IMG/VR virus record: IMGVR_UViG_3300033552_000011
Location: 1-53,454 of that record
Reading direction: 5' to 3' (one strand)
DNA length: 53,454 nucleotides
From: a virus
Taxonomy: Duplodnaviria > Caudoviricetes
Made by a program: the position numbers and the translations under genes. Below, piece by piece: positions 8,714-18,331 of this stretch. Under the pieces are notes generated by a model. The model saw only the letters and a program-made list of their open reading frames with translations. It was not told where the DNA came from and made no database searches. How positions within the stretch are numbered: the stretch's first letter is position 1; every line of letters starts with the position of its first letter.

Positions 8714-8986
8714 TCATTTTTTGATAACCTCTTTCTGCTGTTTCGCACCAGCACGATGTGATTTCGACCATGCGTAGTCTTCACCGTTTGGAAGCTTACC
8801 GTCGACTACAGCTCCGCCAGGGTCGGAAGCACCGACCTGAACGAAGGTTTGTTGTGTGGACGTGACGTGCGTGTAACCTTGGTTGATTAGAGATTCGCAC
8901 TTGGCGATGCTCTTTTCACGTTCGTCATCATCAAAGATTTGGCAGCGAGGCGCGCTGCCGGAGAGGTAATAAACTACGATGCTCAT
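8714..8986 (-). CDS. hypothetical protein
   Basis: 90-aa ORF with AAGGA SD. Confidence 0.7.
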   Translation of the reverse strand: MSIVVYYLSGSAPRCQIFDDDEREKSIAKCESLINQGYTHVTSTQQTFVQVGASDPGGAVVDGKLPNGEDYAWSKSHRAGAKQQKEVIKK

Positions 8987-9045
8987 AAAGTTCCTTTTTC
9001 AATAGGCCCATAATAACATGAACCTACGAAAAAGGGAACTGATAA

Positions 9046-9276
9046 TTATGGAGCTGGTGTTGGTGCTGGTGCAGGTTCCGGTGCTGGCTTTGGAAACTCG
9101 TCGCGTACTGCTTTGATCGCGAGGTACCAGGTGCCTGTCTTGGCAGGCTCGCCGAACTTGCCGTCACGGACATCGTCGTACAACAAGCCAAGCTGATCGC
9201 CGATCAATGGATAGTTATTCTGGCGCAATGCATCATAGGGTGGGGTGAATGGAAGTGCTTGGTTTTCGGTAGGCAT
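9046..9276 (-). CDS. small tail-fibre-associated (assembly/chaperone-like) protein
   Basis: R..YP.IGDQL..LY.D...G...W...I..V...PKP pattern; last gene of the fibre operon. Confidence 0.6.
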   Translation of the reverse strand: MPTENQALPFTPPYDALRQNNYPLIGDQLGLLYDDVRDGKFGEPAKTGTWYLAIKAVRDEFPKPAPEPAPAPTPAP

Positions 9277-9785
9277 TAGTATTGTGCTCCTGTTGTATTG
9301 ACCACAGCGTAGTTTGTGATCGAGATGGTTTGACCTGAATTGTTTGTGTTAGCTGGGTTCAGCAAGTACGCAGTAAGATTGAAGCCGCAGTAATATGAAG
9401 TCAGCGCAGTTCCAACGATAACTAAAAATCCGTCGGCACTGGCGTACTGTCTCTCTGCCGTCAAACCCGTGTATGCGGTGTTGTGCTGTGCTGGATTATA
9501 TATGTCCACAATGTTCGGAGCATTATACAGATAATGAGTCCATGCGCAACGGATCGGTTGCGACTGACCATAGTTGTAACCTTCTGCTTCGATCATTATC
9601 ATGATATCGCTTTTGATTGCGATGTTTGTCTTCATGTGAAAGAAGCATGTGCCGAAGTTGTCTTGCGTCCAGATACGAGCAAAGTCAAGCTGAATATTTG
9701 CTAACCCGTTTGTGCCGGCGCCATATGATGTGCTGGTGCTGTTTGGCCCAACCTTGAGACGGACTGCGCTGTTAAGTTTAGCCAT
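9276..9785 (-). CDS. tail-fibre-associated beta protein, paralog 3
   Basis: HMKTNI..M.EAEGYNY..Q.IRCAW..YASADGF shared with its neighbours. Confidence 0.7.
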   Translation of the reverse strand: MAKLNSAVRLKVGPNSTSTSYGAGTNGLANIQLDFARIWTQDNFGTCFFHMKTNIAIKSDIMIMIEAEGYNYGQSQPIRCAWTHYLYNAPNIVDIYNPAQHNTAYTGLTAERQYASADGFLVIVGTALTSYYCGFNLTAYLLNPANTNNSGQTISITNYAVVNTTGAQY

Positions 9786-10234
9786 TAGAATACATTCCCT
9801 GCGTTAGATGTTGTTGAAATGTTTAGCACTCCAATTTTGCGACCCTCGCTAGAACCAGTGGTTGTCACATAAGCATTAATGGTCAAACCAATAAAGTACG
9901 TAGATGAAACAGAAGCTTTCAAACACATATATCCATCAGCACTTACATAAACACCAGTTGCATCCAAACCTAGATAACAGTTGTGTAGACCAACGCTATA
10001 CGTGGTGTTTGCGTATCTATGAAACGACCACGAAGACCGAATTGCTTGTTGAGCTGCGTACGCATATCCGACAGCTTCAAACATCACCATGATGCTTGGA
10101 ATATTCGATGGAATATCGGTCTTGATATCAATGTACCCGAAGCTGTCGCCAGTGCTTAGTGTCGCGATGCCATATTGAATATGCCCGTCTGGACCAGCAG
10201 GGGAGATTGTTGTTGGTAGATTAAAAGAAGCCAT
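9785..10234 (-). CDS. tail-fibre-associated beta protein, paralog 2
   Basis: IKTDI..MFEAVGYAY..QAIRSSW..YVSADGY. Confidence 0.7.
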   Translation of the reverse strand: MASFNLPTTISPAGPDGHIQYGIATLSTGDSFGYIDIKTDIPSNIPSIMVMFEAVGYAYAAQQAIRSSWSFHRYANTTYSVGLHNCYLGLDATGVYVSADGYMCLKASVSSTYFIGLTINAYVTTTGSSEGRKIGVLNISTTSNAGNVF

Positions 10235-10704
10235 TAGAAATAATTCCCCGCGGTAGTTACGGCTTGAACGTTTGTAATTTGAACATTGAAACCTGGGCTA
10301 GCAGAAGGCGCAGTGTTGTGGCAATTGAACATAACACTCAAATAATACAAATCCCGCTGAGTTGTACTAAGGCAAACAAATCCATCAGCTGAAATGTAAA
10401 CCGAATTCGGAATCATTCCAGGATAAATTGACTGAAGGCCAATGTTCAAGATAGGTGCGGTCGCACCTTCCGAGTAAGGATAGAACGTCCATGCACAGCG
10501 AATAGATTGAGCGGTTGCATACGAATACCCAACTGCTTCAATCATACACATGGCATTTGACCGCGCCGGGACATTTGTTTTAAAATGCAGGAAGTATGAA
10601 GTGTGATCTTCAGACGACCTGCTGTAATTAAAAATACCGTGACGGGAGGCTCCTACGAGCCCGTCCGTCGACGTTACATTTGTGTTAGCTGAAAGCTTAG
10701 CCAT
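10234..10704 (-). CDS. tail-fibre-associated beta protein, paralog 1
   Basis: HFKTNV..MIEAVGYSY..QSIRCAW..YISADGF. Confidence 0.7.
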   Translation of the reverse strand: MAKLSANTNVTSTDGLVGASRHGIFNYSRSSEDHTSYFLHFKTNVPARSNAMCMIEAVGYSYATAQSIRCAWTFYPYSEGATAPILNIGLQSIYPGMIPNSVYISADGFVCLSTTQRDLYYLSVMFNCHNTAPSASPGFNVQITNVQAVTTAGNYF

Positions 10705-13700
10705 TCTTCAACTCCTGGACCATCGCTTCGAGAGACTTGATGCGCTGCTCTTGTGCCTTCATACCTTCAATCAGCACAGCTACCATACGCGCGTAGTGAA
10801 CACCGGATACTTCGCCATCGCCGTTATGTGCAACGAGTGCTGGAAGAACTTCTTTCACTTCTTCAGCGATCAAACCAATCTGGTTCATTGCCGAACCGTC
10901 GATCAGATCGTACACAACACCGCGCATTGCGAGCACAGACTCAAGACCGCCGGTAAGCTGACGAACGTTTTCTTTGATGCGAATCGTTGAAGATTCGGAA
11001 ATCGAAGCTGCAGTAAATGCACCAGTTGCAGTGACAGTAGCTGCAGCGATCGTGAGTGCACCAAGGCCAGTTGATGCTGTTCCGCCCTGCGCGATCAGAC
11101 GAACGTCGTAGTCAACACCGCTATTTCCTGATGAACGGAAGTCGATGAACGGAGTGCTTGCTGTTCCTGGTGCACCCATCTCAATGCCGGTGTTCGCGAA
11201 CGGCAGGGACAGCGCCTGGGCGCTCAGGCTTCCGCCCATGGTGACTTGGCCGGTCGCCTCGATCGACAGGCGGTTCACGTAGGTCAGCAGCGCCGGGTCG
11301 GAGCCCTGCGTGCCGGTATTGGACGACCCGGCGATCGTCAAAGCTCCGCCGCCGACTGCGCCGTTGTACGACGAGCGGATGCGGAAGGCCTTCAGCGTCG
11401 AGGACCCGCCGTCGAACGGCACGAAGATGTCGTTGCCGTAGTCGGTGCCGGCGTTGTCGACGATGCGGACGCGGTGGAGCGCGCGGCCGGTCTGCAGGGA
11501 CCCGGAGGTCGCCAGACCGGTAGCTACTACCGAGCCCGTAACCTGCAGCTTATTAGTGGCGTCGTCTGTCGTTGCGCCAATTAGCAGATTACCAATTGAA
11601 GTGACGCGCATGCGTTCAGCAAGACCTACACCTGTAACTCCAGCAGTTTTTGTGAGGAATGCAATATCACCAGCAATGCTGCTGGTATCAACTGTTTTTG
11701 ATACCCCAAGAATTTGCGATGTCGGATTGCTCGTCTGATCGCCGGCCACAAAGCTCAAAGCAACATTCGAGTTTGCAGAAACAAATGCATTCGTCAGCTT
11801 CAGATTTTCGCCGAGTGCACCGTTGGCGTTGTTTGAAAATGTAACGTTTCCAACAACGTTCAGGCCGAAAAGTGTGCCGACCGAGGTCAGCGACGAAGCG
11901 GTTACGCCGGCTGCAAGAGTTGCACCTGTCAGAGTTCCTGCGGCGGATGCTGGAGCAGCTGACCATGTAGGAGGCGCGTCACCTGCCGAAGTAAGAACTT
12001 GACCTGCAGTTCCGACGTTTGCAGCGTTGTTACCAAACGCGAGACCGCCTGAACCAGTTACACGGAAACGTTCGAGGTACGATGCAGACGTACCTGTCAC
12101 AAAGCGGATTGCACCGGAGTTTGCGAGTGTTGCACCCTGTCCACCACCAAGACTTACATTACCACCAGTGTTTGCACCAGTTGCAGTACCACCAATTACT
12201 GTTGCGTTACCGCCGTTACCAGCGGTGCTTCCTGCTGCACCGGCAAACGTAACGTTACCACCGTTACCACCGGAACCTGCGCCACCCGTAATGTTTACTG
12301 GTCCACCGTGAGCACCAGCACCAACACTTGTGTTAGCACCACCAGTCAAGGCAAGTGTACCACCAGTTGTGCTTGAGAATGCAATATCACCAGGGCGAAC
12401 AGTGATGGTACCTGGTCCAGTGCCGCCGTCGAAACCACGGATCAAACCACCTGGGCCAGAGTTGCCACCAAGGATGATGGTACCTGCGGCTTCAGCAGTT
12501 GTCTTGAACGTGGTGCTTGGGCTGTAAATTGTCGACAATGAAGCTTGAACAACGTTAGCAGCGATGATCGTACCAGTCAACGATCCAGCAGCAGCAGTTG
12601 AGCCTATTACCGTGCCGTTAACTGTAGGTGTTGCCTTAAAATCAACAACGCCATTTGCTCGCGACACTGTCAAAACGATGTTTTGCACGCCGTCATTGTA
12701 TTGACGAGTCAAGAAGAAGTTCGAACCGGTTGTTGAGCTTTCAGCAGCGTTGTCCGCGCCCATGATCCAGCGGCCACCGTTTGCAACACTTGAAGTCGAG
12801 AAGAACAACGAACGATAAGTACTGGCCGCAGCAGCAATATTTTCACCTGTGGTCGTCACGTAGTTTGGTGTGATGTCGCCAAGGGTCAACGTGATTGCCG
12901 GAGTAGTGGTTGCCGTTGCAACAGTTCCTGAAATACCATTTGCAGTCGTAACCGATACGGATGATACACCACCTGCGGCAGTTGCCCAGGTTGGAGGTGC
13001 TCCGCTGCCAGCCGATGTCAGAACTTGGCCGGTAGTACCAGTGGCAGTCGTTGTTGCACCAACCGAAATTGCACCAGTATTTGTAATCCTGAAGCGTTCT
13101 GCTCCACCTGTAAACATACGAATATGACCAGGTGTTGTACCTCCACCTGCATTTAGGACAATGTTACCGCCAGTTCCGCCAGTTCCGCCAGTTGCGGCGG
13201 CAATGTTTACTGTTCCGCCGGTGGCTCCAGTTTGGGCTCCAGATGTTGCACCACCCAAGATGTTTACTGTTCCGCCAATCACACCGAAACCGGTAGAAGT
13301 ATTTGCGCCGCCCTGGATAGTGAGTGCAGGTGCCGTAGTGCTGTCAAGGTTAATGTCAGCTGGACGAATAGTCGTCAGCGATGCGGTGACAACGTTCGCA
13401 GCAAGAATTGTTCCAGTCAGCGTACCTGCCGCTGCTGCAGCGACGGTTGTCCACGTAGGCGTAGACCCAGCACCTGCGGAGGTCAAGACTTGACCTGATG
13501 TTCCCGTTACTCCGTTAACCTTCCATTCACCCACACGGGTGATGACGAGTCGGTCAGCGTAGCTGCCTAAGCTCGGCGAAGTAGCCAAACGGATGAAGCC
13601 CGTCGTACCACCTTGTTCCGGTGAACTACCAGCCCGAATGACAACCGAACCACCAGCCATCGTACCCTGGAATGTCGAATTGCCTGCGGTAAGAGTAAGG

Positions 13701-14854
13701 TCAAGACCAGTGTTACCATCGTTCTGCGCAGTGATGGTGTTTGCCGTGAAGCTTGTAGGAACAGTAGCCGCAGGAATCGCTGTCCACGTTGGCGCTACAC
13801 CTGTACCGTTAGATGTCAGCACCTGCCCTGAAGTGCCGGACAGTCCACCAACTTTCCATTCACCCACACGGGTGATGACGAGTCGGTCAAGGTAGCCCCC
13901 GGCGTCGCTTGGCGTGGTAGCCAAACGGATGTAGCCTGCCGTACCACCAGGCTCGGTCGAAGCACCGGCCTTGATGATTACATTACCAGGTGCCGTGGTT
14001 GCCTGGAACGTCGAGTTGCCCGCGGTCAGGGTAAGATCGGCACCTTGCAACCCGCTGTTTGTCGTCGTGATGTTGCCCGGAGTTCCGGCCTGACCCAATA
14101 CGAGGTTGCCGCTACTACCACTGCCACCCAGAGTTAGAGTGCCAGACGCATCAACCCAAGTGAACTTGGCTGAACCAGTCAGGATGCCGTTTGCATTGTA
14201 TTGAACTTGATTGTTACCACCGGAACCATTTGCAAGCGTAAAATTGCTTGACGAAGCAGCTGCGATTGTGATCACACCAGTTGTTGGGTTGTACGAACCG
14301 CCATCACCAGTTACACTGATCGACGAGCGAGCACGAGCATTCGTGTAATAGAGGTTTGTGCCTTCGTCAACCACGGTAGATGTAAGCACAACAGTGCCAG
14401 TCAACCCGTTGACGGAAGTGACATCGCTTGTAGGATTCAGGAGTTGAACCCAGTTTGCCAGGACCGTAGGATTCGCGGTACGCAAGATGTAGGTCGTGTT
14501 GGTGTCTGTACGTACTGCAACGTCGCCAACTTCTGCTGTCAAACCAAGCATAGCTGCTTGAGTAGACACAACAAAGGTGTCAGTGATTGTAAGCGATGGG
14601 ATCTGAGTTATTGCGATCTTGCCGTTTTCCAGCGCTGCAGGCGTAAAGCCAAGTGCAGCAGTGATAGACTGAGCAGTGAGTTCGGTACCTGCTCCAACTT
14701 GGATCCAGGCAATACCGTCGTAAATGTGGAGGCCAACGCCTGTTTTGAAGAACAGCTCACCATTGGTAGCATTAGCTGGGAACGTTACTCCGCTAACAAT
14801 TGCCAGATTCGTAGCTGTCGATGATCCAAGAAGCTCGATGCCGTCTAATTTCAT
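10697..14854 (-). CDS. long tail fibre with C-terminal peptidase-S74 intramolecular chaperone
   Basis: 1385 aa, G/T/A-rich, repeated GQVLTS..G..PTW and ERFRIT motifs; C-terminal S..R.KEN..GLIAEEV..V.Y..MVAVLIEGMK + coiled coil. Confidence 0.9.
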   Translation of the reverse strand: MKLDGIELLGSSTATNLAIVSGVTFPANATNGELFFKTGVGLHIYDGIAWIQVGAGTELTAQSITAALGFTPAALENGKIAITQIPSLTITDTFVVSTQAAMLGLTAEVGDVAVRTDTNTTYILRTANPTVLANWVQLLNPTSDVTSVNGLTGTVVLTSTVVDEGTNLYYTNARARSSISVTGDGGSYNPTTGVITIAAASSSNFTLANGSGGNNQVQYNANGILTGSAKFTWVDASGTLTLGGSGSSGNLVLGQAGTPGNITTTNSGLQGADLTLTAGNSTFQATTAPGNVIIKAGASTEPGGTAGYIRLATTPSDAGGYLDRLVITRVGEWKVGGLSGTSGQVLTSNGTGVAPTWTAIPAATVPTSFTANTITAQNDGNTGLDLTLTAGNSTFQGTMAGGSVVIRAGSSPEQGGTTGFIRLATSPSLGSYADRLVITRVGEWKVNGVTGTSGQVLTSAGAGSTPTWTTVAAAAAGTLTGTILAANVVTASLTTIRPADINLDSTTAPALTIQGGANTSTGFGVIGGTVNILGGATSGAQTGATGGTVNIAAATGGTGGTGGNIVLNAGGGTTPGHIRMFTGGAERFRITNTGAISVGATTTATGTTGQVLTSAGSGAPPTWATAAGGVSSVSVTTANGISGTVATATTTPAITLTLGDITPNYVTTTGENIAAAASTYRSLFFSTSSVANGGRWIMGADNAAESSTTGSNFFLTRQYNDGVQNIVLTVSRANGVVDFKATPTVNGTVIGSTAAAGSLTGTIIAANVVQASLSTIYSPSTTFKTTAEAAGTIILGGNSGPGGLIRGFDGGTGPGTITVRPGDIAFSSTTGGTLALTGGANTSVGAGAHGGPVNITGGAGSGGNGGNVTFAGAAGSTAGNGGNATVIGGTATGANTGGNVSLGGGQGATLANSGAIRFVTGTSASYLERFRVTGSGGLAFGNNAANVGTAGQVLTSAGDAPPTWSAAPASAAGTLTGATLAAGVTASSLTSVGTLFGLNVVGNVTFSNNANGALGENLKLTNAFVSANSNVALSFVAGDQTSNPTSQILGVSKTVDTSSIAGDIAFLTKTAGVTGVGLAERMRVTSIGNLLIGATTDDATNKLQVTGSVVATGLATSGSLQTGRALHRVRIVDNAGTDYGNDIFVPFDGGSSTLKAFRIRSSYNGAVGGGALTIAGSSNTGTQGSDPALLTYVNRLSIEATGQVTMGGSLSAQALSLPFANTGIEMGAPGTASTPFIDFRSSGNSGVDYDVRLIAQGGTASTGLGALTIAAATVTATGAFTAASISESSTIRIKENVRQLTGGLESVLAMRGVVYDLIDGSAMNQIGLIAEEVKEVLPALVAHNGDGEVSGVHYARMVAVLIEGMKAQEQRIKSLEAMVQELKNG

Positions 14855-14893
14855 AATATGTCCCTAACCAGTTGTATGTGATTGACTTAGGGC

Positions 14894-14901
14894 TATTTAT
14901 G
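14894..14901 (-). promoter_or_regulatory. late promoter
   Basis: CATAAATA upstream of the tail fibre. Confidence 0.7.
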
Positions 14902-14910
14902 TCGACAAGC

Positions 14911-16443
14911 TTAAATTAGGAACGGAACTGGCTCTTCTCCAAACTGATCATTGTCGTCTGGGGCAACATACTCATTGACCTGTTCAAACGCTGTTTCGTT
15001 GTACTCCGCCAGACGTTTCAGCAGGCGGATGACAATGATCGTGGCCATGACCGCATCATCGGTTGCTCCGGCTTTCGCCTCATACGTTTGGCCCTTGGCG
15101 ACGAAGTTCTTGAGTTCTTCCAGCAGAACAGATGAATTGACGTTCAGACCGTTTGACACTTTCTCAATCAAGCCCTTGAGCTGCAGACATGCGAGGATCT
15201 TCTTCTTGCCAGATGTAAACACACCAAGCTTCTGCGTACTAGGTTCATCGTTATACAGCTCTGCAAACTCAGGCTGTTTCTCATCGTTCATGTACAGGGC
15301 AGCTACAGCTTCACCGATACCGTTACGTTCGAATGTCCAGATAACATCTGCTCGACCCTTGCCGACAGGTGTGCTGAGAAGGTTCAGAATCCATTTGAGC
15401 TTTGCATAGAGCAGCGGGATATTAATCTCGTTGCTTCGCCACTCTGCGACCTGATTGAGAGATGGGAATTCAAACACCTCGATGACAGAGAAGTCTTTAC
15501 CAGTGCCTGTCGCAGGATCGAGACCGACAAGGTATGTTTTGTTTTGACCACCGATCTCTGAATCAGGAACCCAGAACTTGAAGCCCATGTCCTCGTACAG
15601 GTGAGGACGAGACCGCATGTTGACCAGCTTCATACTGTTCATCAGCAACGCATCGGAGGAAACAAATATGCAATCCAATTCGGCTGCCGCTTTGACTGTG
15701 CCCAGTTTGCCAACCATCTCATCGTAATACTTCTGGCCACGGTCAGGGTGTTCGTGCCAGTATGCGGCCACTGGATAGAAACCATTCGTGCCTGCGTTCG
15801 CGCCACGCCAGAGTTCAGCGAACAAGTCCGTGTCTCCGTTCGGTGTAGAGGTTACAATGAATTGACCACCAGTCGACAGGGATGGAGCGAGCGATGCCCA
15901 CATTTCTTCCTGGATGCGAGGCGAGGCGAAAGCCAATTCGTCCAGCATAACGCCAGCAGGTGAGCTACCACGGCCTGTACGTTCTGATGTTGCTTCCGAA
16001 GAAATCTTCGAGCCGTTGTCGAACTCGAGCATGGTACGGGAATTGAACTTCGCACCAGCCTTGAGCCAGTGTGGTAGTTCATCGTACGCAGTCTTGATGC
16101 GGTCCATGATCTGTACCGCGTGATTCATGTTCTTGGATGCGATGATCAGTTCTTTGTTTGGCTGAAAGTTTGCGATCCACAGGAAGTACATTGCCACTAT
16201 GGTAGTCTTACCAAGCTGTCGGCTGCAGAGCATGACGACGTCTTTGTGGTTCATGAGCGCGTCAAGCATACGCTCCTGGTAACCGTACAGTTCCAGCGGT
16301 ACCAGACCTTTTGTCGGGTGCTTTACCTTGATGTACTTCGTGAAAAAGAATTCAGGATCTTTCATGCAGCGACCAAGGTCTATAATATCTTCTGGCCGGT
16401 ACTCACTATTTTCATGAGCGCGTTTTGATTTTGGGTTTTTCAT
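14911..16443 (-). CDS. terminase large subunit (gp17-like)
   Basis: LYGYQ, SRQLGKTT, MLDELAF, TSTPNG; nuclease LDPATGTGKDFS, FERNGIG, DDAVMA. Confidence 0.95.
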   Translation of the reverse strand: MKNPKSKRAHENSEYRPEDIIDLGRCMKDPEFFFTKYIKVKHPTKGLVPLELYGYQERMLDALMNHKDVVMLCSRQLGKTTIVAMYFLWIANFQPNKELIIASKNMNHAVQIMDRIKTAYDELPHWLKAGAKFNSRTMLEFDNGSKISSEATSERTGRGSSPAGVMLDELAFASPRIQEEMWASLAPSLSTGGQFIVTSTPNGDTDLFAELWRGANAGTNGFYPVAAYWHEHPDRGQKYYDEMVGKLGTVKAAAELDCIFVSSDALLMNSMKLVNMRSRPHLYEDMGFKFWVPDSEIGGQNKTYLVGLDPATGTGKDFSVIEVFEFPSLNQVAEWRSNEINIPLLYAKLKWILNLLSTPVGKGRADVIWTFERNGIGEAVAALYMNDEKQPEFAELYNDEPSTQKLGVFTSGKKKILACLQLKGLIEKVSNGLNVNSSVLLEELKNFVAKGQTYEAKAGATDDAVMATIIVIRLLKRLAEYNETAFEQVNEYVAPDDNDQFGEEPVPFLI

Positions 16444-17225
16444 ATGAATTCACACATATAGTTTTGACGCCATGCTTGCATGCCTATCATGGTCATCGTT
16501 CTTTGCTTCCACATATCGGTAAACGACAGGTCATCAATCGTCCGTTTGAAAGATGTAAAAGTGGAGAAGGGTTTAAAGGAGTCTGTCCAAGCAGCTGCAA
16601 ACGAGTTGTTCCTACCATTAGGCGTGGAGGCAATTAGAACTTTGCCGCCTTGAACTATCGTTGGACAGATGTCGTTATAGATTGCACGCTGAATAGCATC
16701 AGGTGCAAACGCGAAAGAATCGAGGTAGACGCGATCGACAGTGCGCCCGCGCATAGAATTTACGTTAAGTGTTTCAACCATAATTGCGGAGCCGTTGTCA
16801 AACTCCATGTACGACTTACGATTGCTCCGAATACTCGGGCGGAGATATGTTGGCACGTGGGTAATCATGTGAGTCAAGATGTCGTACATCTCTTTTGCAA
16901 ACGTCGCGCTGATACCAAAAGCAATTGCCTTGTGACGCGGTTTGAAGATTACTTCCCACAGAATGAATGCAAGCGACATCGTGGTCATGCCAGTGCCGCG
17001 TGGCATCATGGCAACCATGTTCTGTGATCGCTTAACTGTCGTAATAAATTCGCAGTGATAAGTGTCGAGCCGAAGTTGCCGAGCACCTGATGGCGTACGC
17101 AGCATGAGATATTTCCTCATGAAATACAGCGGGTCACCGGCGCACTTGATTAACTCTTCGCCCTGTTCTCGTGAAAGCCTAGACTGACCTCCTAAGCGTC
17201 CACGCTTGGAAATAATCTTCGTCAA
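16440..17225 (-). CDS. terminase ATPase-domain paralog, predicted inactive
   Basis: KC..DP.YF..KY, PRGTGMTT, MEFDNGS, YLDSFAF, ASTPNG, WRQNYMCEFI; no nuclease domain. Confidence 0.8.
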   Translation of the reverse strand: MTKIISKRGRLGGQSRLSREQGEELIKCAGDPLYFMRKYLMLRTPSGARQLRLDTYHCEFITTVKRSQNMVAMMPRGTGMTTMSLAFILWEVIFKPRHKAIAFGISATFAKEMYDILTHMITHVPTYLRPSIRSNRKSYMEFDNGSAIMVETLNVNSMRGRTVDRVYLDSFAFAPDAIQRAIYNDICPTIVQGGKVLIASTPNGRNNSFAAAWTDSFKPFSTFTSFKRTIDDLSFTDMWKQRTMTMIGMQAWRQNYMCEFI

Positions 17226-17806
17226 CTGGTTTCTCCAAACACGAAGTTCTGAATAGTCCGGACGGTTGCATTACTCAGCAAAACTTCGAAGTGAGTTGCA
17301 TTAATTTCTACTCGTTCGCCAAAGCCGAGACCTTGCTGGCTGGAGATCGTTACCACACCGTCGTTGGGTGCAGGTGACGTATGTAGGTGACCGCCAGTAG
17401 AAACTATTGTGAGGGTTGGGATATCTAATTTCAATTCTCTGCAACGCATGATGTGCGGAGCGCGTGGCACAATGTCGTTGAACACACGTGAACTACCCGG
17501 AAGCCAGCGCAGGGTTTCTGCCGCGCGCGAGCCTTTGAACGGAGTAGAGATCAGTACCAGTCGCTCAACGAGCTGTGGCATATCAGCAGCCACTAGGGTG
17601 GCAATGACGCCACCCAGTGAATGCGCAACCAGCGTTAGCGAATGACCACGTGGAAGCTTTGAAACTACTTCAGCAATAGATGCCTGAAGGTTTTGGTGGC
17701 TTCGGTAATCAATGCAGTGCGCCTGATGTTTTGGCAGCTGGGAGATGATGTAACTGAACGACGTGGAACTTGAATTGAGTCCATGAATGTAAGCAATGTG
17801 TTTCAT
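17222..17806 (-). CDS. alpha/beta hydrolase (esterase/lipase)
   Basis: YIHGLNS, AHSLGG nucleophile elbow, STPF.GS, NDGVV, ATHFE. Confidence 0.88.
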   Translation of the reverse strand: MKHIAYIHGLNSSSTSFSYIISQLPKHQAHCIDYRSHQNLQASIAEVVSKLPRGHSLTLVAHSLGGVIATLVAADMPQLVERLVLISTPFKGSRAAETLRWLPGSSRVFNDIVPRAPHIMRCRELKLDIPTLTIVSTGGHLHTSPAPNDGVVTISSQQGLGFGERVEINATHFEVLLSNATVRTIQNFVFGETS

Positions 17807-17855
17807 AATGGGACCTTTTCATTCCATCTACGGATGGTTGGAATCGCAGCAAGGT

Positions 17856-17990
17856 TTACTCGCCGTTCTTCTTTTTCTTTACCTTTGGCTTGATCACACC
17901 AGCCCAACGCAAGAATTTATTGCCAAGATAAGTTGTTGCCGCCGTAGCTGCTGCGGCGGCAATTGTCTTACCGATCAAACGCAACAACAT
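17856..17990 (-). CDS. 44-aa basic amphipathic peptide (absent from the ORF track)
   Basis: MLLRLIGKTIAAAAATAATTYLGNKFLRWAGVIKPKVKKKKNGE; TAATG overlap with the upstream gene. Confidence 0.55.
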   Translation of the reverse strand: MLLRLIGKTIAAAAATAATTYLGNKFLRWAGVIKPKVKKKKNGE

Positions 17991-18289
17991 TACACGTCTT
18001 TCTTGTCGTTGTCGTCGGTGTGACCATACCCATTGTCACCACCGTCATAAAGCGACTTCGCTTTATCGACTGCGTTGTTCTTCACTTCAGCAGCACGTGC
18101 TGCTACAGTGTCCTTGGTTTCCATAGCCTTGTTCATGACTTCGTTCTTCATGTCAACAACTTTGGACTTGCCGTCACGCATGCGTGCTTTGAGCGGCTTG
18201 CGCTCGAGTGCAGCCGTAACAACTTTCGTTACGTAGTATGAAGCTGCAGCGCCAACAGCGCTTACGAGGATTTTCTTAAGAATTCCCAT
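17990..18289 (-). CDS. small membrane-anchored coiled-coil protein (YtxH/LEA-like appearance)
   Basis: N-terminal ILVSAVGAAASYYV followed by K/D/A-rich helical repeats. Confidence 0.6.
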   Translation of the reverse strand: MGILKKILVSAVGAAASYYVTKVVTAALERKPLKARMRDGKSKVVDMKNEVMNKAMETKDTVAARAAEVKNNAVDKAKSLYDGGDNGYGHTDDNDKKDV

Positions 18290-18331
18290 GGTCATCTCCT
18301 TAGATTGTGGGGTTAATGCGCGAGATGCGTC

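Noticed and set aside
9276-14854. Diversity-generating retroelement targeting the fibre or its paralogs
   Set aside because: No reverse transcriptase in the window and no template/variable repeat pair differing only at adenines was seen.
16440-17225. Split terminase or intron/intein interruption
   Set aside because: The downstream gp17 is complete (ATPase plus nuclease), so this ORF is a duplicate domain rather than a fragment.
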